Part shown: positions 1-7,266 of the stretch, piece after piece
Layout of the letters: each line of letters begins with the position of its first letter
How positions within the stretch are numbered: the first letter of the stretch is position 1
From: a virus
Lineage: Duplodnaviria > Caudoviricetes
IMG/VR virus record: IMGVR_UViG_3300021124_000033
Coordinates: 1-25,010 of that record
DNA: 25,010 nt
Direction: 5' to 3' (one strand)
Notes under the pieces: generated by a model
What the model was told of the DNA's origin: nothing
Databases searched by the model: none
The model's input: the letters and a program-made list of their open reading frames with translations, nothing else
Made by a program: the position numbers and the translations under genes

Positions 1-402
1 CTCCGCCGCCGCCCGCGCCTCCGCCGCCCACGCCGCCGCCGCCTCCGCCGCCTCCGCCACCGCCGATTCCAAATCGACGGAATCATCGCCACCGCACCAG
101 CGCTGAGTGGCGTCAATACAGGCGTGTACCCGATCGTCCGTCGTGTGCTTTGCGGCCCGGCGGACAGTCGGCAACAGCGCGCTCACAATCCGGCGTCGCA
201 CCGTCACGTCGGACCAGTCCAGCGCGCGGACGCACCACCATGCGTCCGCCGCGCCGTTACTGCGAGCGATGTCGCCCAAAGACACGCGTGTCGTGAGGGG
301 TGCTCGAGCGCCACCGAGACTGGCCAGCAGTGTTTTCCAGCCGTCCTCGCATGGCCGGTGCTCGCGTATCTGCGCCAGCGTCATGGTCAGGTTGTCGTTC
401 AT
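1..402 (-). CDS. Phage protein with Ala-rich C-terminus, paralog of 4835..5392; runs off the window edge
   Basis: Own translation from ATG at 402: MNDNLTMTLAQIREHRPCEDGWKTLLASLGG...SNGAADAWWCVRALDW...AEAAAAWAAE. GGAGG RBS. Gapless homology with 4835..5392 at offset 4990. Confidence 0.9.
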   Translation of the reverse strand, partial: MNDNLTMTLAQIREHRPCEDGWKTLLASLGGARAPLTTRVSLGDIARSNGAADAWWCVRALDWSDVTVRRRIVSALLPTVRRAAKHTTDDRVHACIDATQRWCGGDDSVDLESAVAEAAEAAAAWAAEARAAAE

Positions 403-426
403 CGTGGATTCCTCCGGTTGGTGGGG

Positions 427-612
427 TTAGGCGGCGTATTTGCGAGCGATTGGCCCAAAATAGGCATGGACGAAATTCGTCGCTTCCTTTTTGGTGTCGA
501 AGTGGTAGGAATCCGAGAGTGTCAAGTTTAAGGCGTCCCACCCGTCGATTTGCTTCCGCACGCAGCCGATCCAGCGACCGGTTTCATCAGCAATCCAAAT
601 GTCTTTGGCCAT
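427..612 (-). CDS. Hypothetical protein, 61 aa, first gene of leftward operon 1
   Basis: MAKDIWIADETGRWIG...; GGGAGACGGGACC before ATG 612, inside the conserved leader. Confidence 0.75.
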   Translation of the reverse strand: MAKDIWIADETGRWIGCVRKQIDGWDALNLTLSDSYHFDTKKEATNFVHAYFGPIARKYAA

Positions 613-657
613 GGTCCCGTCTCCCATTCCCCCGTCCAGCCCATCGCCGTCCGGTGA
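608..657 (-). repeat. Conserved 5' leader, copy 1 (44/50 identical to 10338..10387)
   Basis: Minus strand TCACCGGACGGCGATGGGCTGGACGGGGGAATGGGAGACGGGACCATGGC; gapless alignment at offset 9730. Confidence 0.9.
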
Positions 658-661
658 AGGG

Positions 662-756
662 GTTATGCGGCAATTCGATATCGAATAAAAGGCTAATTCG
701 CGCATACCTGATATCGCATATTCCCATACATAAGATATCGAATCCATCGGTATGGT
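662..756. promoter_or_regulatory. Divergent promoter region with three GATATCG operator-like sites
   Basis: Perfect palindrome ATTCGATATCGAAT at 673-686 and GATATCG again at 710-716 and 734-740. Leftward -10-like CATAAC (662-667). Rightward -10-like TATGGT (751-756) 6 nt before ATG 763. Confidence 0.65.
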
Positions 757-762
757 GTGGGC

Positions 763-1032
763 ATGCAAAAGCTCGAAGATCACACCCCGTTATTCGTCCG
801 CGTGCCGACCGCGCTTTTCGATGCCGCCCAGGCGGAGGCAAAGAAGCGGCGGGTCGTGCTCCGCGTTGTCATCACCGATGCGCTTGAGGCGTGGTTCGGC
901 TTTGGCATTGGGGCGGAAATCGAACCGTCCCCGCCGCTGGCGTCGCCTCCCGCAACGGTGGCGGTGGAACGCATCATCGCTAACGGATGGAAGGTTATCG
1001 GCGATAATTCGACAAAAGGGGAAGAGAAGTGA
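763..1032 (+). CDS. Putative ribbon-helix-helix (Arc/CopG-like) regulator
   Basis: PLFVRVPTALFDAAQAEAKKRRVVLRVVITDALEAW fits the beta-helix-helix pattern; Pro-rich tail; no SD sequence before the ATG. Confidence 0.65.
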   Translation: MQKLEDHTPLFVRVPTALFDAAQAEAKKRRVVLRVVITDALEAWFGFGIGAEIEPSPPLASPPATVAVERIIANGWKVIGDNSTKGEEK

Positions 1033-1274
1033 AGGTATGGATCACGAAATACGCGCTGACGAAAGGGATTTTCGAAGCGAACGGGGAGATATTTTCAGAC
1101 GAATATCCAAATATAATCGATATCGGTGTATCGGTATCACGATTATATTACAGCAAGCCTCATTGGCACACATCCGCCGAAGCCGCGAACGCTCGCGCCG
1201 ATAAAATGCGCCAAGCCAAGATCGAATACCACCGAAAGGCAATCGCTGAGTTGGAAAAGATAAGGTTTGGATGA
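1029..1274 (+). CDS. Conserved phage hypothetical protein (VWITKYALT family)
   Basis: MKVWITKYALTKGI...WHTSAEAANARADKMRQAKIE; GTGA overlap with the upstream gene. Confidence 0.8.
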   Translation: MKVWITKYALTKGIFEANGEIFSDEYPNIIDIGVSVSRLYYSKPHWHTSAEAANARADKMRQAKIEYHRKAIAELEKIRFG

Positions 1275-1287
1275 GCGGGGCCGAAGC

Positions 1288-1569
1288 ATGACCGAAGCAG
1301 CTGATAACGGAAACATTGCCTTTATGCCTGGGGTTTGTGTCTATGGCGTGACCATCCCGGATGCCGGTCTTGTCGAACGCCTCGAAGAAACCCTTAAACG
1401 GGCGAGGTCGGGAGAAACCATTGGGGCATGTTGGGTTGAAATCCGATCGGACGGCATGTCGTATATCAGCGCATGGGCTGGCCGCGTCGATACGTCTCGA
1501 ATGCTAGGGTGTTTGAGCCGGCTAGCGCACGAAATGAATTTGGCGCGTGACCGTGAAGACCAGCAATAA
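1288..1569 (+). CDS. Hypothetical protein, 93 aa
   Basis: LVERLEETLKRARSGETIG motif typical of small phage proteins; co-oriented with neighbours. Confidence 0.7.
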   Translation: MTEAADNGNIAFMPGVCVYGVTIPDAGLVERLEETLKRARSGETIGACWVEIRSDGMSYISAWAGRVDTSRMLGCLSRLAHEMNLARDREDQQ

Positions 1570-1652
1570 CGCCACGAGATAGGGAACCTTACGCATGCGG
1601 GACACCGACGCCATGTCCCAAACGCCGGTTCTCCGTGATTTCCTTCCAAGGT

Positions 1653-1666
1653 GGGGCTAAAGCCCC
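1653..1666. terminator. Short hairpin between convergent operons
   Basis: GGGGCT-AA-AGCCCC inverted repeat; no clear U-tract. Confidence 0.3.
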
Positions 1667-1690
1667 GAGGGGTTAGGCGTCGGTGTAGGG

Positions 1691-1852
1691 CTACTCTTTC
1701 GCCAGCCGGCGGCGTTCGTCGCGGTCATCGCGGAGGCGGTCGGGGTCAAGCGGCACGCTGGCGCCGCATATGTCGCAAGTCTCGCCGTCTTGTAGGTGGC
1801 ATTCTCCGCAGGGTTCGCGGTGCGGGTTCCACGTTGGACGCGGGAACGTCAT
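1691..1852 (-). CDS. 53-aa zinc-finger-like protein (not in ORF track)
   Basis: MTFPRPTWNPHREPCGECHLQDGETCDICGASVPLDPDRLRDDRDERRRLAKE*; two CxxC motifs; ATGA overlap with 1849..2109. Confidence 0.75.
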   Translation of the reverse strand: MTFPRPTWNPHREPCGECHLQDGETCDICGASVPLDPDRLRDDRDERRRLAKE

Positions 1853-2109
1853 GTCATATCCTCATAGTCTCGCTTCCACTCACGCAAGTAGTCGTGCATT
1901 TCGCGGAGTTGGTTGTCGGTCGGGATGTCTGTCAGCAGCACCAGCAGTGCGCGCGGTTCATCGGCCACACGACCGACGCCGCGCACACGTAAGGTCGGAT
2001 CGTCTTCCATCGTGTCGCGGATCGTCCGGAGCACGTTGTCGGCCCAGTAGCTGCCGTCCTGATCGTTGAACGCCTCGTAAATGCGGCGCAAGGATTCCTC
2101 TGGCGTCAT
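1849..2109 (-). CDS. Hypothetical protein, 86 aa
   Basis: ATGA-coupled at both ends; GGAGAA RBS. Confidence 0.75.
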   Translation of the reverse strand: MTPEESLRRIYEAFNDQDGSYWADNVLRTIRDTMEDDPTLRVRGVGRVADEPRALLVLLTDIPTDNQLREMHDYLREWKRDYEDMT

Positions 2110-2579
2110 GTCGGTTCTCCCGCCACCCGAAGTGCGGAATCAACCTTGCGAAGCGCCTCACCAACCATCGTCGGGGAGTCGGGGCTTCGCAGTTGTCGGT
2201 AAGCCGCGCGAAGTGCATCCGCCATGACGGTGACAATTTCTGCCGCGTTCTTAAACTTAGCAGCGATCATGCTGCTGTCGTCCAGACTGAACGCCCGCTT
2301 TGGCAGTAGGTCGCGAAGCCGCGCACGGTTGGCGTCCAGCAACGTGACGCCAAGAAAGGAGTCCACGACCTCGTGAGGGTCCAGCGGCACCACGTCGTCG
2401 AACCCGCCGGGGTCGAGTGTCGTGACGCGGATATCGGGGACGGGCGAGTCAGCATCGCGCGCGGCCAGCGTCAACTCCTTCGCGATAATTGCCGCTTCCT
2501 CGGGGCTGCCGGCCTCGATCATGTAGTCGGCGCAGTCAAACAGCGTCTGTTCTTCCCAGACGCGGATTGGGTATTTCAT
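2106..2579 (-). CDS. Hypothetical protein, 157 aa
   Basis: Start MKYPIRVWEEQ at 2579 with GGAG RBS; ATGA overlaps at both ends. Confidence 0.75.
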   Translation of the reverse strand: MKYPIRVWEEQTLFDCADYMIEAGSPEEAAIIAKELTLAARDADSPVPDIRVTTLDPGGFDDVVPLDPHEVVDSFLGVTLLDANRARLRDLLPKRAFSLDDSSMIAAKFKNAAEIVTVMADALRAAYRQLRSPDSPTMVGEALRKVDSALRVAGEPT

Positions 2580-2824
2580 GACCTGTTTCTCCGATTGGTG
2601 GGGTTGATCTTGGTGACAACAAGCGTCTGCCGCTGTTGCAGCGTCAGATTGTCCATTGGCCAGAAGCCAAACCCGATCTTCGCGCTGGTGTGGTCCCAGT
2701 CGCGGGGATCGTAGTCGGCCAAAAGCATCCGGGTGGCCGACTCCAAAGAGGAGCATTCGAGTATGCGGGCATCGCGCCAGATGTAGGCACCGTCCGCGTC
2801 CAAGGTGTAGTAGATCGTCGGCAT
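2576..2824 (-). CDS. Hypothetical protein, 82 aa
   Basis: MPTIYYTLDADG...; AAGGA RBS; abuts the upstream stop. Confidence 0.7.
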   Translation of the reverse strand: MPTIYYTLDADGAYIWRDARILECSSLESATRMLLADYDPRDWDHTSAKIGFGFWPMDNLTLQQRQTLVVTKINPTNRRNRS

Positions 2825-2826
2825 GG

Positions 2827-3351
2827 TCAGTCCTTCTCTGTCTTTGTCGGGGCGTACACCGCGACCGGTCCCCATAAGCGGTCCAGCCCGGCGCGGCGGC
2901 GGGCAAAGTACGACACGGTGCCATCGGGGTGGATCATGGCCACGCCGCGGCCGTGCTGGCGCGGAATCTCGCTGAACTTGCGCACCACCAGCACGCTACC
3001 GTTAGCCATTCCCTCCTCCAGCGCCATGGCGTCCACGTGGAAGCCGTAGCGCCCATCGGCCGCCGCCGCCTTGTCGAATGAGACATAGGGCGGGGCGAAA
3101 TGCGCCAGCATGTCGGACACCTCCCACACATCCCGATCCGTGATGTCGTAGTCCGGGTCCGCCAGCTTGGAGCGCGACACGATGACCAGCATTTTGGCCG
3201 CGCCGCGTGTCTTCGGGTATCCGGCGCGCTGGCGCGAAATTTGCCGTTGCAGCTCCTCGGCGAACGCGGATAGCTGCTTGCGCAGGGTGTCGGCGCCCTC
3301 GCATACGGTGCCGATTTCCGCGTAGACGAACGGGCGCGTGGCGCCGGTCAT
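2827..3351 (-). CDS. Conserved phage hypothetical protein, 174 aa
   Basis: IGTVCEG...FAEEL...APPYVSF...DGRYGF pattern; ATGA overlap with 3348..3545. Confidence 0.75.
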   Translation of the reverse strand: MTGATRPFVYAEIGTVCEGADTLRKQLSAFAEELQRQISRQRAGYPKTRGAAKMLVIVSRSKLADPDYDITDRDVWEVSDMLAHFAPPYVSFDKAAAADGRYGFHVDAMALEEGMANGSVLVVRKFSEIPRQHGRGVAMIHPDGTVSYFARRRAGLDRLWGPVAVYAPTKTEKD

Positions 3352-3545
3352 GACGCGGCTTTCTCGTTGGGGACCAGCACCCACGCTGCGACCCGCACGC
3401 CATCTTCGCCCCGGCTGGCGTAGGCGCCCGCGTCGATGTTGGTGACGTCGGACCCGTAAAGCCGGCAGCCCGCTTCGCTTCCCGCCGCATGGCTATTCGT
3501 GCCGTGGCGATGCGTGACGGTCGATACCCAGATTTTATGTTTCAT
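3348..3545 (-). CDS. Hypothetical protein, 65 aa
   Basis: ...YGSDVTNIDAGAYASRGEDGVRVAAWVLVP; ATGA-coupled at both ends. Confidence 0.7.
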   Translation of the reverse strand: MKHKIWVSTVTHRHGTNSHAAGSEAGCRLYGSDVTNIDAGAYASRGEDGVRVAAWVLVPNEKAAS

Positions 3546-3721
3546 CGGTTGGTCCCTTCCCGTTGCGCGGGGGTGGCGCGTTTCGCCGCTGCCAGCCGCT
3601 GTTGATAGGCGTGCCAGCCTGCGCGCTCGGCCGCGTTGAGCGGTCGGTATCCCCCGACCGTCACTGCGACCAGCCCGAAGATCAGCAGCAACGCGAGGCA
3701 GCCTTCGGAGAGCGCGCTCAT
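3542..3721 (-). CDS. Small membrane protein, 59 aa
   Basis: MSALSEGCLALLLIFGLVAVTVGGY...; one hydrophobic helix; ATGA overlaps. Confidence 0.65.
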   Translation of the reverse strand: MSALSEGCLALLLIFGLVAVTVGGYRPLNAAERAGWHAYQQRLAAAKRATPAQREGTNR

Positions 3722-3873
3722 AGCCTGTACGTCCCCGCCAAGCCTGCCAGCACGGCCACGATGACCAGCAACGTTAGGATGATCCAAACCTGCCGGCGCA
3801 GCGCCCTGCGACGGCGTGGCGGCAACGGCGGGCAGGATCGCAACCACGCCTCCGCTGGCGTGTCGCCGATCAT
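3718..3873 (-). CDS. Small membrane protein, 51 aa (not in ORF track)
   Basis: MIGDTPAEAWLRSCPPLPPRRRRALRRQVWIILTLLVIVAVLAGLAGTYRL*; basic patch followed by a TM helix; ATGA overlap at both ends. Confidence 0.7.
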   Translation of the reverse strand: MIGDTPAEAWLRSCPPLPPRRRRALRRQVWIILTLLVIVAVLAGLAGTYRL

Positions 3874-3941
3874 GCTGCGCTGTCCCAGCTATCGACGGTT
3901 TCGCCAAGCCGCAGCTTTTCGTAGGAAATTAACCAGCCCAT
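3870..3941 (-). pseudogene. 23-aa N-terminal stub of the 5429..6019 gene
   Basis: MGWLISYEKLRLGETVDSWDSAA* versus MGWLISYKKLRLGETVDSRMRD...; homology ends at 3888. Confidence 0.85.
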
Positions 3942-4157
3942 TTGTCAGAACCTTTCATGTAGGAGGGTTCGGCACAGTGCGTGCCGTTCGTCGTCGTCAA
4001 TCGCGGAGGCGAACGCATCGCGCCAAAGCCCGCCAAGGTCGCGGTATGTGATCCCGTCCCGCGCCCGTTTGCGTGTCACCACAACCCCGCCATGGGGTCC
4101 GTCCAGCCAGCAGGCCTCGTAACTCGGGCCGCTGTAGATGAGCGTGGTGAGGGGCAT
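3888..4157. repeat. Duplicated segment, copy of ~5966..6234
   Basis: Near-identical over ~3888-4020, more diverged over the rest of the 70-aa gene. Confidence 0.9.
3945..4157 (-). CDS. Hypothetical protein, 70 aa, paralog of 6022..6234
   Basis: YEACW.xGPHGG...WR.AFASAIDDDERHALCRTL.HERF shared by both copies. Confidence 0.85.
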   Translation of the reverse strand: MPLTTLIYSGPSYEACWLDGPHGGVVVTRKRARDGITYRDLGGLWRDAFASAIDDDERHALCRTLLHERF

Positions 4158-4193
4158 GGTTGGGGTCCTTGTCTTTGGTGGGGCGGTGTCGGG

Positions 4194-4460
4194 TCAGGGA
4201 TTTTCGCGGGACATGATCGCCCAGATGCGGTCCCGTCGGCTGGTGCCCTTGGCGTCGGCGCGCAGTTCCTTCAGCGCCGCGAGGTACCCCATGATTTGCG
4301 GGCTGGTGACGCAACCGCGTTTCATAATGTCGATGGTCGCGAAATCGTGCTGGATCGCCTTTGGCGCCCAAACAAGATCGGCGGGCCTCATGCACACCGG
4401 GTCGGCATGGGCTGTGCCGGCCGCGATGGTCAGGGCGGCGGCGATGATCGTGGTTCGCAT
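4194..4460 (-). CDS. Small exported protein, 88 aa
   Basis: MRTTIIAAALTIAAGTAHA-DP is a Sec-type signal peptide with an AxA site; two Cys; GAGG RBS. Confidence 0.75.
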   Translation of the reverse strand: MRTTIIAAALTIAAGTAHADPVCMRPADLVWAPKAIQHDFATIDIMKRGCVTSPQIMGYLAALKELRADAKGTSRRDRIWAIMSRENP

Positions 4461-4560
4461 GTCTCTGGTGTCCTCTCTCTGGTGTTCGCCCCCTGGCAGG
4501 GGCCTGCTGGATAAGGCTGCCGTGTCGCCATCCGCCGCAGCGGGTGGCGTCAGGGGAGTC

Positions 4561-4833
4561 TCACTCGCCATTCGTGATTTTGTCGTACTCGCGGGTCGCT
4601 TCGTACGCCCGATCAGCCAGTTCGCGCCCGCGCCCGCCGGTCCAGCTATTGCCGTACGCCTGCACATCGCCAGCGCAGTCGATGATTTGCTCCAGCAGCC
4701 CCGCGATGCGTTCCGCGATCCTAGTGGCCTTCGGCGCGCCAAGCCCATGAAAATAGGCGTGTGCGTCGATCAACACCGGTAGCGCGGCGGTCGCGCAGCG
4801 TGTCATCGGTGTGTCGTCCCAGGTGTTTGCCAT
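4561..4833 (-). CDS. Hypothetical protein, 90 aa
   Basis: GAGG RBS; starts 1 nt after the upstream stop. Confidence 0.75.
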   Translation of the reverse strand: MANTWDDTPMTRCATAALPVLIDAHAYFHGLGAPKATRIAERIAGLLEQIIDCAGDVQAYGNSWTGGRGRELADRAYEATREYDKITNGE

Positions 4834-4834
4834 G

Positions 4835-5392
4835 TCAGGTTCCTCTGTAGGGGTTAAACAGAGGGGGAAATGCGGCGATCAGGTCCGCCCGCGCCGCCGC
4901 CTCCGCCGCCAGCGCCTCCGCATCCGCCGCCGCCTCCGCCGCCCCCGCCGCCGCCCACGCCGCCTGCGCCGCCGCCTCCGCCGCCCACGCCGCCTGCGCC
5001 GCCGCCTCCGCCGCCAGCGCCGCCGCCTCCGCCGCCTCCGCCGCCAGCGCCGCCGCTTCTAAATCGACGGAATTATCGCCATCGCACCAGCGTTGCACGG
5101 CATCGATACAAGCGTGGACCCGCTCGTCCGTTGTGTGCGTTGCGGCCCGGCGGACAGTCAGCAGCAGCACGCTCACAACCCGGCGTCGTACCGTCGCGTC
5201 GGACCAGTCCAGCACGCGGACACACCACCATGCGTCCGCCGGGCCGTTACTCCTGGCTATGTCGCCAAGGGACACACGAGTCGCCAGACTCGTGCTGGCG
5301 CCTCCGAGGCTTGCCAGTAGTGTTTTCCAGCCGTTCTCGCAGGGGCGGCGCTCGCGTATTTGCGCCAGCGTCATGGTCAGATTGTCGTTCAT
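4835..5392 (-). CDS. Phage protein with Ala-rich AAWAA repeat C-terminus, 185 aa
   Basis: IRERRPCENGWKTLL...SNGPADAWWC motif of a common phage family; AGGAGG RBS; paralog at 1..402. Confidence 0.9.
   Translation of the reverse strand: MNDNLTMTLAQIRERRPCENGWKTLLASLGGASTSLATRVSLGDIARSNGPADAWWCVRVLDWSDATVRRRVVSVLLLTVRRAATHTTDERVHACIDAVQRWCDGDNSVDLEAAALAAEAAEAAALAAEAAAQAAWAAEAAAQAAWAAAGAAEAAADAEALAAEAAARADLIAAFPPLFNPYRGT
4890..5057. repeat. (CCG)n-rich coding tandem repeat
   Basis: Includes a perfect 30-bp unit at 4951-4980 and 4981-5010; encodes AAEAAAQAAW units on the minus strand. Confidence 0.9.
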
Positions 5393-5428
5393 GGTGTCGG
5401 TTCCTCCTGTTGGTGGGTTAGGCGGCGG

Positions 5429-6019
5429 TCAGGCGGTAATTGTGGCGTCAGCCAGCCGGTCCATTGGCAGGCGGTACACGCCACCCAACCCGTCGGCACG
5501 TTCTGCGATCAGCCCTCGCGTCCGTGGCGGGTTGGGGATGATGATAAATTCGGCAAGCGGCTGGCCGCCGTACATGATCGGCGGGTTAAACGTCACTCGG
5601 GCGCCGGGCTTGGGGGCGGATGCGCGCCGCTGGCGGGATGCTTTCGCGCGATCCCTGCACCGCCGGCGCCAATCGTTCGCGTATTCGCTGTCCGTTGGCG
5701 TCAACAGGTCCAGGATGCGGGCTGGACAAGAACATTCCAACGGCCCCATGTCCTCGCTCATGTCCTTGTAGCCAAACCCGTCGCCACGCTTTCGGCTGCC
5801 CTTGGACGTAAGGCAGATAATGGCGAACGTCTCGAATGTGCCATCGGCGCGGGTGTGCCGCACGGCGGCGTACCACGTCGATCCCACCGTCGCGGATGCC
5901 GCGATTTCATGCTTCTCGCCCGTGGAGGCGTCGTGTCGATCCCAGCGCATGTTGTCGCGCATCCGGCTATCGACGGTTTCGCCAAGCCGCAGCTTTTTGT
6001 AGGAAATTAACCAGCCCAT
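5429..6019 (-). CDS. DUF6927-like protein, 196 aa
   Basis: MGW start, WYAAV, FGYKDMSEDMGP..CP..ILDLLTPT..EYANDWRRRC motifs, recalled from this mobile-element family. Confidence 0.75.
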   Translation of the reverse strand: MGWLISYKKLRLGETVDSRMRDNMRWDRHDASTGEKHEIAASATVGSTWYAAVRHTRADGTFETFAIICLTSKGSRKRGDGFGYKDMSEDMGPLECSCPARILDLLTPTDSEYANDWRRRCRDRAKASRQRRASAPKPGARVTFNPPIMYGGQPLAEFIIIPNPPRTRGLIAERADGLGGVYRLPMDRLADATITA

Positions 6020-6021
6020 GG

Positions 6022-6234
6022 TCAGAACCTTTCGTGTATGAGGGTTCGGCACAGTGCGTGCCGTTCGTCGTCGTCAATCGCGGAGGCGAACGCCTCGCGC
6101 CACACTCCGCCCGCATCGGGAAACTTCACGCCACCACGTGCCCGCGCGCGCGTCACGCATAGGCCACCGTGAGGGCCAGCAATCCAGCAAGCCTCATAGT
6201 GCGGGCCGCCGTAGAGCAGCGTTGTAGCGCTCAT
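6022..6234 (-). CDS. Hypothetical protein, 70 aa, paralog of 3945..4157
   Basis: MSATTLLYGGPHYEACWIAGPHGG...; same length as the paralog. Confidence 0.85.
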   Translation of the reverse strand: MSATTLLYGGPHYEACWIAGPHGGLCVTRARARGGVKFPDAGGVWREAFASAIDDDERHALCRTLIHERF

Positions 6235-6235
6235 G

Positions 6236-6613
6236 TCAGTAGACCGCGAAGGCGTCATCGCCCCGCAGGTCCCCGCGAACGCCAGGGATACGTAGGAAGG
6301 CGCACGGGCCGCGCGGATCGCCCCCATAGCTGACCGTCGGGGGATCGCACGGGAAGGATAGCTCCAGCGCGATATTCACGACGCGTTGCAGCCGTTCGAT
6401 GCGCGCCTGCCCGCGATCCTTCTGTTTCTCCGTCATCGGATAGCTGCAGCGCGCCGTTTCCCATGCGACGGCGGATCGGGCGTCGCGTTGCATCGTGGCC
6501 ACAAGCCTGCCGATGACGTGAGGGGGCGGGGGCGGTACGCTCGCCGCGCCGTGTAGGGCCAGTTGCGCGCCCAGTGTCGCGGCGCGGGCGGCGGATTCGT
6601 GTTTCGTGGTCAT
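6236..6613 (-). CDS. Hypothetical protein, 125 aa (GDPRG motif), in frame with the upstream gene
   Basis: Own RBS (AGAGAGGA) before ATG 6613 (MTTKHESAA), downstream of the 25-bp intergenic element. Confidence 0.65.
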   Translation of the reverse strand: MTTKHESAARAATLGAQLALHGAASVPPPPPHVIGRLVATMQRDARSAVAWETARCSYPMTEKQKDRGQARIERLQRVVNIALELSFPCDPPTVSYGGDPRGPCAFLRIPGVRGDLRGDDAFAVY

Positions 6614-7069
6614 TGTCGTGAGTCCTCTCTGTTGCCGGCTGGTCGCCACTAGGACCGGGGGGGGCTTGTCCGGGTTCCACGATTGATTCGCGGTCCAGGT
6701 CGCCCCGCGCGCCTCAACCTCAATCGCGTCGTATTCAGCGTCCGTCATGACAGACAGACGCCCGCCCCAGTTGGCGCCACGCAGGCAGCGTCGCACCACT
6801 TCGGCATATATCTCCGCCGTCGCGGCTTCTTCGTCGGCCAAAAGGCTGTAGGCGCCGGTTTTCGCCATCCTGCCACCAGCGGGCGACGCGGACGAGGCCA
6901 GCGATGTCCAAAGCGTCCAGCCGTCGCCGGCATCGTCGCGGCGAATTTCGTGGGTATAACCGTCACCCTCGGTCAGTAGCTCCCGCGCCGCGTCCGCTTC
7001 GGAGAGGCCCCGTAGATCGACGCCAATCCGAAAGCCAACGCGGTTGTCGAAAACGGTGTAGCCCATCAC
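6614..7069 (-). CDS. Hypothetical protein (~130-aa domain) currently lacking a stop, reading into 6236..6613
   Basis: MMGYTVFDNRVG...MTDAEYDAIEVE; GTGA overlap with 7066..7263; frame stays open across the 25-bp element. Confidence 0.6.
6636..6660 (-). repeat. 25-bp element, identical to 9307..9331
   Basis: Minus strand CCCCGGTCCTAGTGGCGACCAGCCG, located just upstream of an RBS in both places. Confidence 0.9.
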
Positions 7070-7263
7070 GCAGCCCTCCGAGTAATGGCAGGCGCTACAA
7101 CCTCGACGGTGTAGCCCAGCCGCTCAATCAGCTCCAACGCACTATCCGTCAGCGTCTTGTTCCCGGTCAGTTCCGCGAACGCCGCGGCGTCAGGGCAAGC
7201 GGGATACACCGTCTCCCGGCCATAAACCGAACGCACCGACACCTTGATCGTTTTTTTATCCAT
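7066..7263 (-). CDS. Conserved phage hypothetical protein, 65 aa
   Basis: VSVRSVYG..TVYPAC..A..FA.LTG.KTL....L..I..LGY family pattern. Confidence 0.8.
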   Translation of the reverse strand: MDKKTIKVSVRSVYGRETVYPACPDAAAFAELTGNKTLTDSALELIERLGYTVEVVAPAITRRAA

Positions 7264-7266
7264 GAT

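Noticed and set aside
4520-4556. Hammerhead ribozyme on the minus strand (CTGACG-hairpin-GACAC)
   Set aside because: Lacks the required CUGANGA and GAAA core.
1-5392. Duplicated gene as a DGR template/variable repeat pair
   Set aside because: Differences involve all bases and are often synonymous rather than adenine-specific; no reverse transcriptase in the window.
4870-5421. Plus-strand poly-Pro and poly-Arg ORFs
   Set aside because: They are antisense shadows of the Ala repeat; the minus-strand gene has the RBS and a conserved paralog.
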